64,000 nt of DNA from an uncultured bacterium (GTDB taxonomy: Bacteria; Sysuimicrobiota; Sysuimicrobiia; Sysuimicrobiales; Sysuimicrobiaceae): positions 1,428 to 65,427 of the forward strand of contig CAYTFH010000014.1 of NCBI GenBank assembly GCA_964437095.1. The letters are read 5' to 3'. The stretch's first letter is position 1; each line of letters starts with the position of its first letter. The notes below the pieces were generated by a model. It was not told the DNA's origin and searched no databases. It was given only the letters and a program-made list of their open reading frames with translations. A program made the position numbers and the translations under genes. This document shows positions 42,743 to 54,350 of the stretch, piece after piece.

Positions 42743-44140
42743 GTGGTGACGGTGTCCTGGGTGTGGTGGGTGGTCGCGGGACTGGTGGCAGCCGCCGCCG
42801 CGGTGGTGTGGGCGGTGCGCTACACCAAGGTGGGCCCCAACGAGGTGCTGATCATCTCCGGACGGCGCCGCACGGTCACGGGCCCGGACGGGCGGCGGAG
42901 GACCGTGGGCTACCGGCTGGTGCACGGGGGCGGCACCTTCGTGTGGCCCATCAAGGAGAAGGTCCAGCGCATGTCCCTGGAGCTCATGACCCTGGAGGTG
43001 CGCACCCCCGAGGTGTACACGGTGAACGCGGTTCCCGTCACCGTGGACGGGGTGGCCCAGGTGAAGATCAAGGGCGACGAGGAGTCCATCGCCATCGCCG
43101 CGGAGCAGTTCCTCTCCCGGTCCCGGGAGGACGTGATGAAGACCGTCCTGCAGACCCTGGAGGGCCACATGCGGGCGGTGCTGGGCACCCTCACGGTGGA
43201 GGACATCTACCGGGGACGGCAGGAGTTGGCGCGCCGGGTGCGGGAGGCCGCCGCGGAGGACCTGCACAAGATGGGCATGGAGATCCTGTCCCTGACCATC
43301 CGCAACGTCACGGACACCCAGGGCTACCTGGAGGCCTTGGCCAGGCCCCGCATCGCCCAGGTGAAGCGGGACGCGGTGAAGGGCGAGGCGGAGGCGGAGA
43401 AGGAGGCGCAGCAGGCCCGGTTCCAGGCGGAGACGGCCATCGCCCAGGCTCAGCGGGACATGGAGCTGAAGAAGGCGGAGTACGAAGCGGAGGTGAAGGC
43501 CAAGCGGGCCGAGGCGGACCTCAGCTACGACCTGCACCGCTACCGGATCGCCCAGCGGGTGAAGGCGGAGGAGATCCAGGTGGGCATCGTGGAGCGGGAG
43601 AAGCTGGCGGAGCTGGAGGAGCGGGAGGTGGCCCGCAAGGAGAAGGAGCTGCTGGCCACGGTGCTCAAGCCCGCCCAGGTGGAGCGCCAGCGCACGGAGG
43701 TGCTGGCGGAGGCGGAGCGCTACCGCCTGGAGGCGGAGGGGCTGGGCCGGGCGGAGGAGATCAAGGCCCAAGGTGCCGCGGAGGCGGAGGTCATCCGCCT
43801 GAAGGGCCTGGCGGAAGCCGAGGCCACGCGGAAGAAGGCGGAGTCGTGGAGCCAGTACAACGAGGCCGCCATCACGGAGCTCATCGTGCGAGTGCTGCCG
43901 GAGCTGGCCCGGGCGGTGTCCGAACCCCTGGCGAAGACGGAGCGGATCGTGGTGGTGAACGCCGACTCCTCCGGCGCCGGGGTTTCCCGTATCCCCGCGG
44001 ACGTGGCCAAGGTGGTGGCGCAGCTGCCCGCGGTGGTGGAGTCGCTCACGGGCGTGAAGCTGGAACAGCTCCTCCAGCGTATCCCCGAACTCGGGCAGGC
44101 TCGCGCCGCGGAGGAGCCCGCCACCCCAGCCCAGACCTGA
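42743..44140 (+). CDS. flotillin-like SPFH/band-7 protein
   Basis: The 465-aa product has an N-terminal TM segment, an SPFH domain ([11 protein letters not shown]...[10 protein letters not shown]...[11 protein letters not shown]), then a long EA-rich coiled coil typical of flotillin (FloT/YuaG-like). GTG 42752 is an alternative start. Confidence 0.88.
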   Translation: MVTVSWVWWVVAGLVAAAAAVVWAVRYTKVGPNEVLIISGRRRTVTGPDGRRRTVGYRLVHGGGTFVWPIKEKVQRMSLELMTLEVRTPEVYTVNAVPVTVDGVAQVKIKGDEESIAIAAEQFLSRSREDVMKTVLQTLEGHMRAVLGTLTVEDIYRGRQELARRVREAAAEDLHKMGMEILSLTIRNVTDTQGYLEALARPRIAQVKRDAVKGEAEAEKEAQQARFQAETAIAQAQRDMELKKAEYEAEVKAKRAEADLSYDLHRYRIAQRVKAEEIQVGIVEREKLAELEEREVARKEKELLATVLKPAQVERQRTEVLAEAERYRLEAEGLGRAEEIKAQGAAEAEVIRLKGLAEAEATRKKAESWSQYNEAAITELIVRVLPELARAVSEPLAKTERIVVVNADSSGAGVSRIPADVAKVVAQLPAVVESLTGVKLEQLLQRIPELGQARAAEEPATPAQT

Positions 44141-44146
44141 GGAGGG

Positions 44147-45606
44147 ATGGCCGTGGCGGTGGTCCAAAAGCGTGTGCGAGAACAGCCGGCCGCCACCCCG
44201 GAGGACGTCCTGGAGCTGTGAGAGCGCAAGGGCGTCCAGATGGTGGACCTGCGGTTCACCGACCTGGTGGGTGGCTGCCAGCACTTCTCCCTGCCCGTGG
44301 AGGAGCTGTCGGAGGACCTGTTCACGGAAGGCGTGGGGTTCGACGGGAGCAGCATCCGGGGTTCCCAGGACATCCACGAGAGCGACATGATCCCCTCCCC
44401 GACCCCCGCACCGCCCGGGTGGACCCCATGTGCAAGACGCCCACCCTGATCCTGGTCTGCGACGTGTACGACCCCGTGACCCGGGAGCGGTACACCCGCG
44501 ACCCCCGGGGGGTGGCGCAGCGGGCGGAGGAGTTCCTGGTCCGCACGGGGATCGCCACCACCAGCTACTGGGGGCCCGAAGCGGAGTTCTTCGTGTTCCA
44601 CGACGTGCGGTTCGACCAGAACGTCCACTGCGGGTACTACTTCGTGGACTCCGCGGAGGGCGCGTGGAACACCGGCCGGGACGAACGGCCCAACCTGGGG
44701 TACAAGCCCCGCTACAAGGAGGGCTACTTCCCCGTGCCGCCCACGGACAGCTTCCAGGAGTTCCGCTCCCAGCTGGTCCGGAAGATGCGGGAGGCGGGGG
44801 TGGAGGTGGAGGTGCACCACCACGAGGTGGCCACCGCGGGCCAGTGCGAGATCGACATGCGCTTTTCCACCCTCACGGACATGGGGGACCGGGTGCAGAT
44901 GTACAAGTACCTGGTGAAGGCCTTCGCCCGGGAGCACCTGAAGACCGCCACCTTCATGCCCAAGCCCCTGTTCGGCAACAACGGCTCGGGGATGCACACC
45001 CACCAGAGCTTGTGGCACGAGGGCCGCAACCTGTTCTTCGACCCGCGGGGCTACGCGCAGCTGAGCGAGCTGGCCCTGTACTACATCGGGGGGCTGCTCC
45101 ACCACTCCCCGGCCCTCCTGGCCTTCTGCGCGCCCACCACCAACTCGTACCGGCGGCTGGTGCCCGGCTATGAAGCGCCCGTGAACCTGGTGTACTCCCA
45201 GCGCAACCGCAGCGCGGCCATCCGCATCCCCCTGTACTCCACCAACCCCAGGGCCAAGCGCATCGAGTACCGGCCCCCGGACTTCAGCTGCAACCCCTAC
45301 CTGGCCTTCGCCGCCATGCTCATGGCGGGCCTGGACGGCATCCTCAACCGCATCGACCCCGGCCCGCCCATGGACGTGGACCTGTACGAGCTCCCTCCCG
45401 AGGAGGCCAAGCACGTGCGGCAGGTACCGGGCTCCCTGGAGGAGTCGCTGCGGGCCCTGGAGGAGGACCACGAGTTCCTCCTGCGGGGAGGGGTGTTCAC
45501 GGAGGACCTGATCGAGACGTGGATCGCCTACAAGCGCAAGCGGGAGGTGGACTACATCCGGCTCCGGCCCCACCCCTCGGAGTTCTACCTGTACTACGAC
45601 GTGTGA
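44147..45606 (+). pseudogene. glnA: glutamine synthetase type I, interrupted by in-frame TGA (44219..44221) and a 1-nt frameshift in a C-run (44392..44395)
   Basis: ATG 44147 ([11 protein letters not shown]) gives [52 protein letters not shown]...[18 protein letters not shown]. The frame then shifts to [19 protein letters not shown]...EAEFFVF...[20 protein letters not shown]...[13 protein letters not shown]...SAAIRIP...RIEYRPPD, ending at 45606. Confidence 0.85.
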
Positions 45607-46304
45607 CCGAGGCCGGGGCCGAGCACCACCCGGGCGTCCACGGCGCAGCAGCCCTGGGGCCCCACCAGCACAGGGTTCAGGTCCAGCTCCTGGACCGCGG
45701 GTTCGGCCACCATCAGGTCCCCCACCCGCACCACCACCTCCGCGAGGCCGTCCACGTCCGCGGGAGGAGCCCCCCGCACGCCCCGGAGCAGCCGGTAGCA
45801 GCTCGTCTCCTGGATCTGCCGCAAGGCCTCCTCGCGGTCCAGGGGCGCCAGCCGGAACGCCACGTCCTGCAACACCTCCACCAGGATTCCTCCGGAGCCC
45901 ACCATCACCACCGGCCCGAACTGGGGATCCCTCAGCCCTCCCACCACCACTTCCACGGAGCCCGTCACCAGGGGCTGCACCAGCACGCCGCCCCACCGGG
46001 CCTGCGGCGCACTGTGGGCCAGCCTTGCCCGCAGGCTCCGGAACCCCTCCCGCACCGCTCCGTCCCCCCGCAGGCCCACCAGCACCCCGCCCACGTCGGA
46101 CTTGTGCAGCACGTCCGGGGACACCACTTTGAGCACCACGGGGTTGCCCAGGCGGCGCGCGGCTTCCACCGCCCCTTCTTCGTCCTGCACCACTTCCCAA
46201 GGGGGATGCGGGATGCGGTAAGAGGAGCACAGCTGGTAGGCCTCCCACTCTAGAAGGCTCCGCCGCCCCTCCTGCAAGGCCCGTTCCACTACCGGGTGAC
46301 CCAT
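45594..46304 (-). CDS. acetate--CoA ligase (ADP-forming) family, ATP-grasp subunit
   Basis: This is the tail of ORF 45594..47159, from ATG 46304. The product reads [16 protein letters not shown]......[35 protein letters not shown]...DLNPV. Confidence 0.8.
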   Translation of the reverse strand: MGHPVVERALQEGRRSLLEWEAYQLCSSYRIPHPPWEVVQDEEGAVEAARRLGNPVVLKVVSPDVLHKSDVGGVLVGLRGDGAVREGFRSLRARLAHSAPQARWGGVLVQPLVTGSVEVVVGGLRDPQFGPVVMVGSGGILVEVLQDVAFRLAPLDREEALRQIQETSCYRLLRGVRGAPPADVDGLAEVVVRVGDLMVAEPAVQELDLNPVLVGPQGCCAVDARVVLGPGLGHTS

Positions 46305-47734
46305 GCCTCCGCCCGCCCCCGGGCGTCCGCGTACTCCACCATGCGCGCCAGGACCTGCACTGCCTCCTCCGGGAACTCGAAGGTGCACAGCCCCGCCGCC
46401 TCCAGCACCCTGCGGGCTCGAAGGGCCGCGTCCCCGAAGGTGAGCACCACCAGCACCGGCTTGCGCCCCTCCTCCGGCTGGTCCAGGTACGCGTCTACCA
46501 CACACCGGGCCACCTCCTCCTCGTCCAGGAAGGTGGGAGGCGGGGTCAGGAGGACGATGGCGTCCACACCTTCGTCGGCGAGCAACACCCTCAGGGCGTC
46601 GCCGTGGGTGCGGGCCGTGAGGGCGCCCGTCATGTCCACGTACCCCTCCGGCCGTCCGATGGCCGCGATGTCCGACAGCACCTCCTGCAGGGCCGCCCGG
46701 GTGTGCGGGGCGAACCGGGCGAAGCGCAGGGCGGGCTGGGAGGCCACCTCGTCCACGCACACCGTCCCGGGCCCGCCCACCGCGCTGAGCACCGCCACCC
46801 GGTTCCCGCGGGGCAGGGGCAACCGAGCCAAAGCCCGCACCACGTTGTAGAACTCCGACACCGTCCGGGCCCGCACCACGCCCGCCTGGCGGAAGGCCCC
46901 CTGGTAGATGGCGTCGGGGCTGGCGACGGAGCCCGTATGGCTGTGGGCCGCGCGGGATCCCTCGGCGGTCCTGCCCGGCTTCAGCACCACCACCGGCTTC
47001 CGGGCCGCCACGCGGGCGGCGGTCTGCACGAAGGCCCTGGCGTCCTCCACCCCCTCCAGGTACACGCCCACCACGCGGGTGCAGGGGTCGTCGGCGAGGT
47101 AGGCCAGCAGCTCCGTGAGCGTTACGTCCGCCATGTTGCCCACCGACGCCAGCTTGCACAGGCCCACCATCTCCAGGGGACGGGCCCAGTGCAGGAAGGA
47201 CATGACGAAGGCCCCGCTCTGGCTCAGCAGGGAGACCCCACCCCGCGGGTACGGCCCGAGGTCAAAACAGGTGGTCAGGCCCGTATGGGCGTCCGCCACC
47301 CCGAGGCAGTTGGGGCCCACCAGCCGGATGCCGGCCGTCTGTAGGGTCCGGACCAGGGCCTCCTGCAGCCTCCGGCCCTCGGCACCGGTCTCCGCGAACC
47401 CACCCGAGACCACCACGGCTGCCGCCGCGTCCCCCCGCTGCTGCCGGCGCGACGCCAGCTGCGCGGCCACCACCAGACACACAGGTGCCGGCACCGCCAC
47501 CACCGCCAGGTCCAGCGGGCCCGGCACCTGGACCACACCGGGGAAGCACGGAAGCCCCCGCACCGACTCCGCGCGGGGGTTGACGGGGTACACCCCACCC
47601 CGGTAGCCCGTCTGCTGCAGCTGCGCCACGATCTGGTGGCCGGGGCTGCCGGGCTCCGCGGACGCGCCCACCACCGCCACACCCCGGGGCGCGAAGAAAG
47701 CGTCCAGTCCCTGCGGCGCCGAGCCGCTCCCCAT
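46289..47734 (-). CDS. acetate--CoA ligase (ADP-forming) family, CoA-binding/succinyl-CoA-synthetase-like subunit
   Basis: The 481-aa product reads FFAPRGVAVVGAS......G......L...GY.G.VYPVNP, GPNCLG, SQSGAF and HSHTGS (phosphohistidine loop). Confidence 0.85.
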   Translation of the reverse strand: MGSGSAPQGLDAFFAPRGVAVVGASAEPGSPGHQIVAQLQQTGYRGGVYPVNPRAESVRGLPCFPGVVQVPGPLDLAVVAVPAPVCLVVAAQLASRRQQRGDAAAAVVVSGGFAETGAEGRRLQEALVRTLQTAGIRLVGPNCLGVADAHTGLTTCFDLGPYPRGGVSLLSQSGAFVMSFLHWARPLEMVGLCKLASVGNMADVTLTELLAYLADDPCTRVVGVYLEGVEDARAFVQTAARVAARKPVVVLKPGRTAEGSRAAHSHTGSVASPDAIYQGAFRQAGVVRARTVSEFYNVVRALARLPLPRGNRVAVLSAVGGPGTVCVDEVASQPALRFARFAPHTRAALQEVLSDIAAIGRPEGYVDMTGALTARTHGDALRVLLADEGVDAIVLLTPPPTFLDEEEVARCVVDAYLDQPEEGRKPVLVVLTFGDAALRARRVLEAAGLCTFEFPEEAVQVLARMVEYADARGRAEAWVTR

Positions 47735-47743
47735 GGTGGGCGT

Positions 47744-48898
47744 TCAGCTCACCCGTTCCAGGACGGTGGCCGTGGCCATCCCGTGGCCGATGCACATCAC
47801 CTGGAGCCCGAACTGCCCACCTCGGCGCTCCAGCTCGTCCACCAGCTTGGCCATCAGCACCGCACCCGTGGCACCCAAGGGGTGGCCGTGGGCGATGGCT
47901 CCGCCGTTGGGGTTCACCCGGTCCAGGTCCGGCTCCAGCTCCCGGGCCCAGCCCAGGACCACGCTGGCGAACGCCTCGTTGATCTCGATCACGTCCACGT
48001 CCTTGAGGGTCAACCCCGCCCGGGCCAGGGCCGCCCGGGTGGCGGGCACCACTTCCATCAGCTGCAGGGTCGGGTCTCCCGCCACCACCACCCGCGCCCG
48101 GAACCGCGCCCGCACCCGCAACCCGTGCGCGCGGGCGAAGTCTGCGTCGGCCACCAGCACCGCCGCGGCGCCGTCGGAGATCTGGGAGCTGTTGCCCGCG
48201 GTCACCCGGCCGTCCGGGCGGAAGGCCGGGGGTAGCTGCAGCATGCGCTCCAGGGAAGGTTCGAACCGGATCCCCTCGTCGTGCTCCACCCGCACCGGCC
48301 GGCCCTCGCGGTCGTGCCCCTGCACGGGCACCAGGTGCCCGCGGAAGCGGCCTTCGTGTGTGGCACGGGCGGCCAGGACGTGGCTCCGGTACCCGAACTC
48401 GTCCAGCTCCCGCCGCGAGATCCCGTAGCGCTCCGCGATGCGTTCCGCGGACTCGCCCTGGTGCACCAGCTCGTACTTTTCCCGGGCCACGGGGCTCAAG
48501 TTCTTTAGGTCCCCCACGTCCAGGAACATGGGGACCCGGGTCATGGACTCCACGCCGCCCGCGATGATCAGCCGGGCGTCCCCTGCGGCGATGGCCTGGG
48601 CCGCGAAGTGCACCGCCTGCTGGCTGCTGCCGCACATCCGGCTCAGGGTCACCGCCGGCACCCCCTGGCCCAGGGACGAGCACAGCACCGCCAGGCGGCC
48701 CACGTTCATGCCCTGCTCCCCCGCCTGGGTCACGCACCCCGTGATCACGTCGTCCACCCACTCCGGGGCGAGACGGTTGCGCTCCACCAGGGCGTCCAAC
48801 ACGGCCGCGTACAGGACTTCCGGACGCACCGCCCGCAACAGCCCGTCCCGTTTCCCGATGGGGGTCCGCACCGCGTCCACGATCACCGGCTCTCCCAC
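47744..48898 (-). CDS. acetyl-CoA C-acetyltransferase (thiolase)
   Basis: This is the tail of ORF 47744..49216. The start is GTG 48898, with GGAGG 6 nt upstream. The motifs are VIVDAVRTPIGK, LSRMCGSSQQAV (active-site Cys), NEAFA, NPNGGAIAHGHPLGATG and CIGHGMA. Confidence 0.9.
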   Translation of the reverse strand: MGEPVIVDAVRTPIGKRDGLLRAVRPEVLYAAVLDALVERNRLAPEWVDDVITGCVTQAGEQGMNVGRLAVLCSSLGQGVPAVTLSRMCGSSQQAVHFAAQAIAAGDARLIIAGGVESMTRVPMFLDVGDLKNLSPVAREKYELVHQGESAERIAERYGISRRELDEFGYRSHVLAARATHEGRFRGHLVPVQGHDREGRPVRVEHDEGIRFEPSLERMLQLPPAFRPDGRVTAGNSSQISDGAAAVLVADADFARAHGLRVRARFRARVVVAGDPTLQLMEVVPATRAALARAGLTLKDVDVIEINEAFASVVLGWARELEPDLDRVNPNGGAIAHGHPLGATGAVLMAKLVDELERRGGQFGLQVMCIGHGMATATVLERVS

Positions 48899-49080
48899 GC
48901 CACACCTCCGACCCAGGCGCCTGCTCCCCAGCATACGCAAAAGCTGGGCGCCGGGCCAGCCCGGAGGGCTCTCCAGACAGCACCGTGGTACACTGGCCGT
49001 GACCCTCGCCCTCCTCGGGCCGGGCTCGTGGTCCGTGCACGCAACGTTGGGCTGGGGCCGGCGCGCAGCGTCCTGATGGG

Positions 49081-49403
49081 CTACTCGACCCGCACCTCGG
49101 CCGCGGAGTCCAGGAACAGCTCGTAGCGCTCGAGCCTCGACGGCCCGCGGAACGCCTCCAGGGGCAGGCTGCCGGACCGCGCGTGCCCGCGCGGGAAGGC
49201 CTCGGAGCGGGTCCACGCCTCGAAGGCTGCGACTCCCACACCGTCAGGACCACGTAGGGGCCTCCCGGGTCCACGGGCCGGAGGACCCAGTTGCGCACGA
49301 AGCCCGGCATCCGGTCCACCTCCCGAGCCCGCGAGCGGAAGCGGTCCTCGAAGGCCTCCCGGAACGCCGGGCGTACTGGGATGCGGTTCATGACCACGAA
49401 CAT
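49081..49403 (-). pseudogene. antibiotic-biosynthesis-monooxygenase (ABM/IsdG-like) domain protein with a 1-nt frameshift near 49225..49232
   Basis: The N-terminal part is the start of ORF 47262..49409 (MFVVMNRIPVRPAFREAFEDRFRSRAREVDRMPGFVRNWVLRP....PYVVLTVWES). The C-terminal part is the tail of ORF 49081..50727 (AFEAWTRSEAFPRGHA......AFRGPSRLERYEL). Together they form one ~107-aa ABM domain. Confidence 0.7.
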
Positions 49404-49439
49404 TCCCATTCCTCCTCTCCGGCCGACCCCGTCCGGCTT

Positions 49440-51188
<1,749 letters not shown>

Positions 51189-51225
51189 CTCCACCTCCGG
51201 GCCCGTGGGGTGCGAGCGTGGGGTC

Positions 51226-53178
51226 TCAAAAGCGCAGCCGTCCGGCGGGCAGGTGCAGACCGAGCAGCGAGGCGAAAAGCTCCAGGCCAGCCACCAAGCC
51301 CGCTGTGTACGCCACCGCCGCCGGCCACCGCAACCGGGCCACTCCGCGGAGGAACCACAGGCTCCACAGGGCCGACGCCACGCGGAGGCCGAAGAACCAC
51401 GTGACGGCCACGTACAGCGCCAGGCTCGCCAGGTAGCCCACCGCCCGGCGGACCCGTCCCCGCACCACGTCTTCGGGCACTTCCCCTTCGTCCTCATCGC
51501 TGAGGGCGCTTGCCTGACCGCGGAGCTCCCGCACCAGCTGCAGGCCTGTGAGGACCGTCCCCGCCGCCGCCACGGAGACGGGCATGAGGGCGGCGTCCGG
51601 CAAGAAGCCCGTGGCCTGCCACCACGCGTACGCGAACAGCCCCAGGACCACGGCCGTGGCCACCCCACCGGCGCCCGGCCCCCGTGCGGGTGCCCGCGCC
51701 TCCGGCTTCCGCCCGGTCCGCAGCCACCGCACCGCGCTCCACACCAGAGGCGCCACCACCAGCAGCCCGATGATCACCACCCCGGGACGCAGCAACCACT
51801 CCTCAGTCCTCGGGTACAGCTTCACCGTGAGGAAGCAGTACCGCTCCAAGGGGTTGCTCAACACGAACCCGATGAGCATGGGGCCGCGAGGCCATCCCGT
51901 GATCTTCAGGGCGTAGCCCGCCACGCCCAGGACCACCAGGGTGACCAGGTCGCCGAAGTGCTGGGTCTCCTGGTACGCAGCCAGCACCATGGCCAGGACC
52001 ACGGGCGGGGCGATGCGGGGGAAGGGGACGTACGTGAGGCGAGCCAGGAGGGGGCTCGCGGCGAACATCACGCCCGCCCCCAGCACGTTGGCCAGGGCGA
52101 AGGACCACACCACGGTGTAGATGAGGTCCAGGTGCTCGGTGACGATGCGCGGCCCGGGCAGGATCCCGTACGCCAGCAGGGCGCCCAGGATCATGGCGGA
52201 GGGCGCGCCCCCGGGGACACCGAACAGCAGGGTGGGCACCAGGTCCCCTGCCTCCACCGCGTTGTTGGCCGCCTCGGGGGCGATGATGCCCCGCACGTCT
52301 CCCTTGCCGAAGCGCGACCGGTCCCGGCTGGTGGCCACCGCGTGGCCGTAGGCCATGAGGGTGCCCGCCGTGGCCCCGATGGCGGGCAGCACCCCTGCCC
52401 ACATCCCGATGAGGGCGCCCCGCAGGACCAACCACCGATGGCGCCACACGTCCAGGACTCCCTCCCACCAGCCCCGCCCCAGCTCCACCCGCTGGGCCAC
52501 GGCACCCCCGCGCGCCATCAGGGACACCACTTCCGCCAGACCGAACATCCCCAGGGCCACCAGGGCCAGGTCGATCCCGTCGGTGAGGTAGACCTGCCCG
52601 AAGGCGAACCGGACCTCCGCGGCCGCGGGAGCTGGGCCCACGGTCCCCAGCAACAGGCCCAGAAGGCCCGCCGCGAGCCCCTTGAGGGGCTCCTTGCCTA
52701 GGAGGCTTCCCGCGAACGACACGCCCAGAACGGTGAGCATGAACAGCTCGGGGGAGGCGAAGGACAGCACCAGGGGGCGGGCCATGGGGATGGACAGGGT
52801 CAGGCCCACCGCGCCGATGATCCCGCCCACCAGGGAGGAGAGGTAGGCCGCGGCCAGGGCTCGGGCCGCCTCGCCCCGCCGCGCCATGGGGTGACCCTCC
52901 ATCATGGTGGGGACCGCGGCCGCGGACCCTGGAGCGCCGATGAGCACGGAGGTGATGGTGTCCGAGGTGTGCACCACCGCCAGGGCGCCCGTCGCCATGG
53001 CGAGAGCCGGGAAGGGGTCCAGCTTCACCATGAAGGGGAGGAGGATGGCCACGGCCACGATCCCGCCCATGCCGGGCAGGATGCCGACCAGCAGCCCCAC
53101 CGCGCTGCCGAGGGCGAGCATGCCCAGCCTCGCGGGGTTCACGAACAGCTCAACCGCCGCGCGGAGTGCTTCCGCCAT
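51226..53178 (-). CDS. tripartite tricarboxylate transporter permease TctA with fused TctB-like C-terminal extension
   Basis: In the 650-aa product, the first ~500 aa carry TctA hallmarks (GILPGMGG, GAPGSAAAVPT, LFGVPGGAPSAMILGAL). The last ~150 aa add four more TM helices in the TctB position. Confidence 0.85.
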   Translation of the reverse strand: MAEALRAAVELFVNPARLGMLALGSAVGLLVGILPGMGGIVAVAILLPFMVKLDPFPALAMATGALAVVHTSDTITSVLIGAPGSAAAVPTMMEGHPMARRGEAARALAAAYLSSLVGGIIGAVGLTLSIPMARPLVLSFASPELFMLTVLGVSFAGSLLGKEPLKGLAAGLLGLLLGTVGPAPAAAEVRFAFGQVYLTDGIDLALVALGMFGLAEVVSLMARGGAVAQRVELGRGWWEGVLDVWRHRWLVLRGALIGMWAGVLPAIGATAGTLMAYGHAVATSRDRSRFGKGDVRGIIAPEAANNAVEAGDLVPTLLFGVPGGAPSAMILGALLAYGILPGPRIVTEHLDLIYTVVWSFALANVLGAGVMFAASPLLARLTYVPFPRIAPPVVLAMVLAAYQETQHFGDLVTLVVLGVAGYALKITGWPRGPMLIGFVLSNPLERYCFLTVKLYPRTEEWLLRPGVVIIGLLVVAPLVWSAVRWLRTGRKPEARAPARGPGAGGVATAVVLGLFAYAWWQATGFLPDAALMPVSVAAAGTVLTGLQLVRELRGQASALSDEDEGEVPEDVVRGRVRRAVGYLASLALYVAVTWFFGLRVASALWSLWFLRGVARLRWPAAVAYTAGLVAGLELFASLLGLHLPAGRLRF

Positions 53179-53250
53179 GGACCCGCCTCGATCAGGCGCA
53201 GCTCCCCCCGGCCCCCGCGCGGGGCTCGCGAAGGGGAGCTGCGCCGCCTC

Positions 53251-54324
53251 CTACAACCGGACCTGGTACTTGCTCCGGAGCAGGTCCGTGATGAACTTCT
53301 TCACGTCCAGGGTGACGCGGGTGGCCCGCAGGACGGCCGCCTTGGCCACGTCCCCCCGCAGCACCTCGTAGCCCTCCAGGACCTGCTTTCCCTGCTGCTG
53401 GAACTGTGGGTCGTTCCGCATGCGGTCCACGGCGGTGCGCAGGGCTTGCAGGGCCTCCGGCGGCGTGCCCGCGGGGGCCCACAGGGCCTTCTGGAAGGTG
53501 AAGGCCGCGGCCACCATGCTCTGGTAGGCTTTCCACCGCAGCAGGCCGTCCGGCTTGCGCTTGAACAGGGCCTGGTACGCCTCGTACGCGCTGGGCAGGT
53601 CGGGCACGCTGGGGTCCCGCACCATCACGCCCTTCTCGTTCACGAACCCCATGGAGAGGACGGGGATGGCCTTCCCTTCCCGCACCAGGAACACCACCTG
53701 CGAGAGGTATGCGGGAGTGGTCTGGTAGTCGATGTTGGTCTCCCCGCGCTCGAAGGCCAGCCGCGCCGGGCCGCGACCTTCGAAGCCCATCACCACCCGC
53801 ACGTCCAGCCCCAGCACCTCGAACAGCAGCAGGGTCACCAGGTCCAACCCCGTGGCGCTGATGCCGCCGTACACCAGCCGCTCCGCGGGCCGGGCCAGGT
53901 CCTCCGGCTTCCGGACGCCCGTGCGGGGCGAGACGTACAGCACCCCGCCCACCCCGTTCACCTTGATGAGCTCCCACTTGGTGGGGTCGTAGCGGACCTG
54001 GGGCACGCCCAGGATGTACGGGATCATGGTGGACCCGGAGGTGGTCAACAGCTGCGTGCCGTCCGGGCGCGCGTTCTCCGCGAAGAAGTTGGCTCCCAGG
54101 ATGCTTCCCCCGCCGGGCATGTTGCGGACGATGACCCTGGGGTTGCCGGGCACGTATTTTTCGAAGAACGGCGCGAAGAACCTGGCGTCGATGTCGCTCC
54201 CCCCTCCCGGGGCGAAGGGCACGATGATCTCGATGGTCTTGCCCGCGTAGTACGGCTGCTGCGCCCCCACCGGGAGGGCAGCCAGCACCACCGCCAACGC
54301 CAGGACCCACGGTAGCTTCCTCAC
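53251..54324 (-). CDS. tripartite tricarboxylate transporter substrate-binding protein (TctC/Bug family)
   Basis: GTG 54324 has AAGGGGG upstream and gives a signal peptide (VRKLPWVLALAVVLAALPVGAQQ). The product then reads KTIEIIVPFAPGGGSD...RNMPGGGS. Confidence 0.88.
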   Translation of the reverse strand: MRKLPWVLALAVVLAALPVGAQQPYYAGKTIEIIVPFAPGGGSDIDARFFAPFFEKYVPGNPRVIVRNMPGGGSILGANFFAENARPDGTQLLTTSGSTMIPYILGVPQVRYDPTKWELIKVNGVGGVLYVSPRTGVRKPEDLARPAERLVYGGISATGLDLVTLLLFEVLGLDVRVVMGFEGRGPARLAFERGETNIDYQTTPAYLSQVVFLVREGKAIPVLSMGFVNEKGVMVRDPSVPDLPSAYEAYQALFKRKPDGLLRWKAYQSMVAAAFTFQKALWAPAGTPPEALQALRTAVDRMRNDPQFQQQGKQVLEGYEVLRGDVAKAAVLRATRVTLDVKKFITDLLRSKYQVRL

Positions 54325-54350
54325 GCTCGCACCCCCTTTCCCCTCTCTGG

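Noticed and set aside
44219-44221. The in-frame TGA in glnA as a third selenocysteine codon. A weak 5-bp hairpin GUCCA-GAUGG-UGGAC lies 13 nt downstream.
   Set aside because: The position is a variable hydrophobic residue in the N-terminal helix of glutamine synthetases, not a conserved Cys. The hairpin is no better than random in 70% GC sequence. The same gene also has a frameshift, so a nonsense mutation or sequencing error is more likely.
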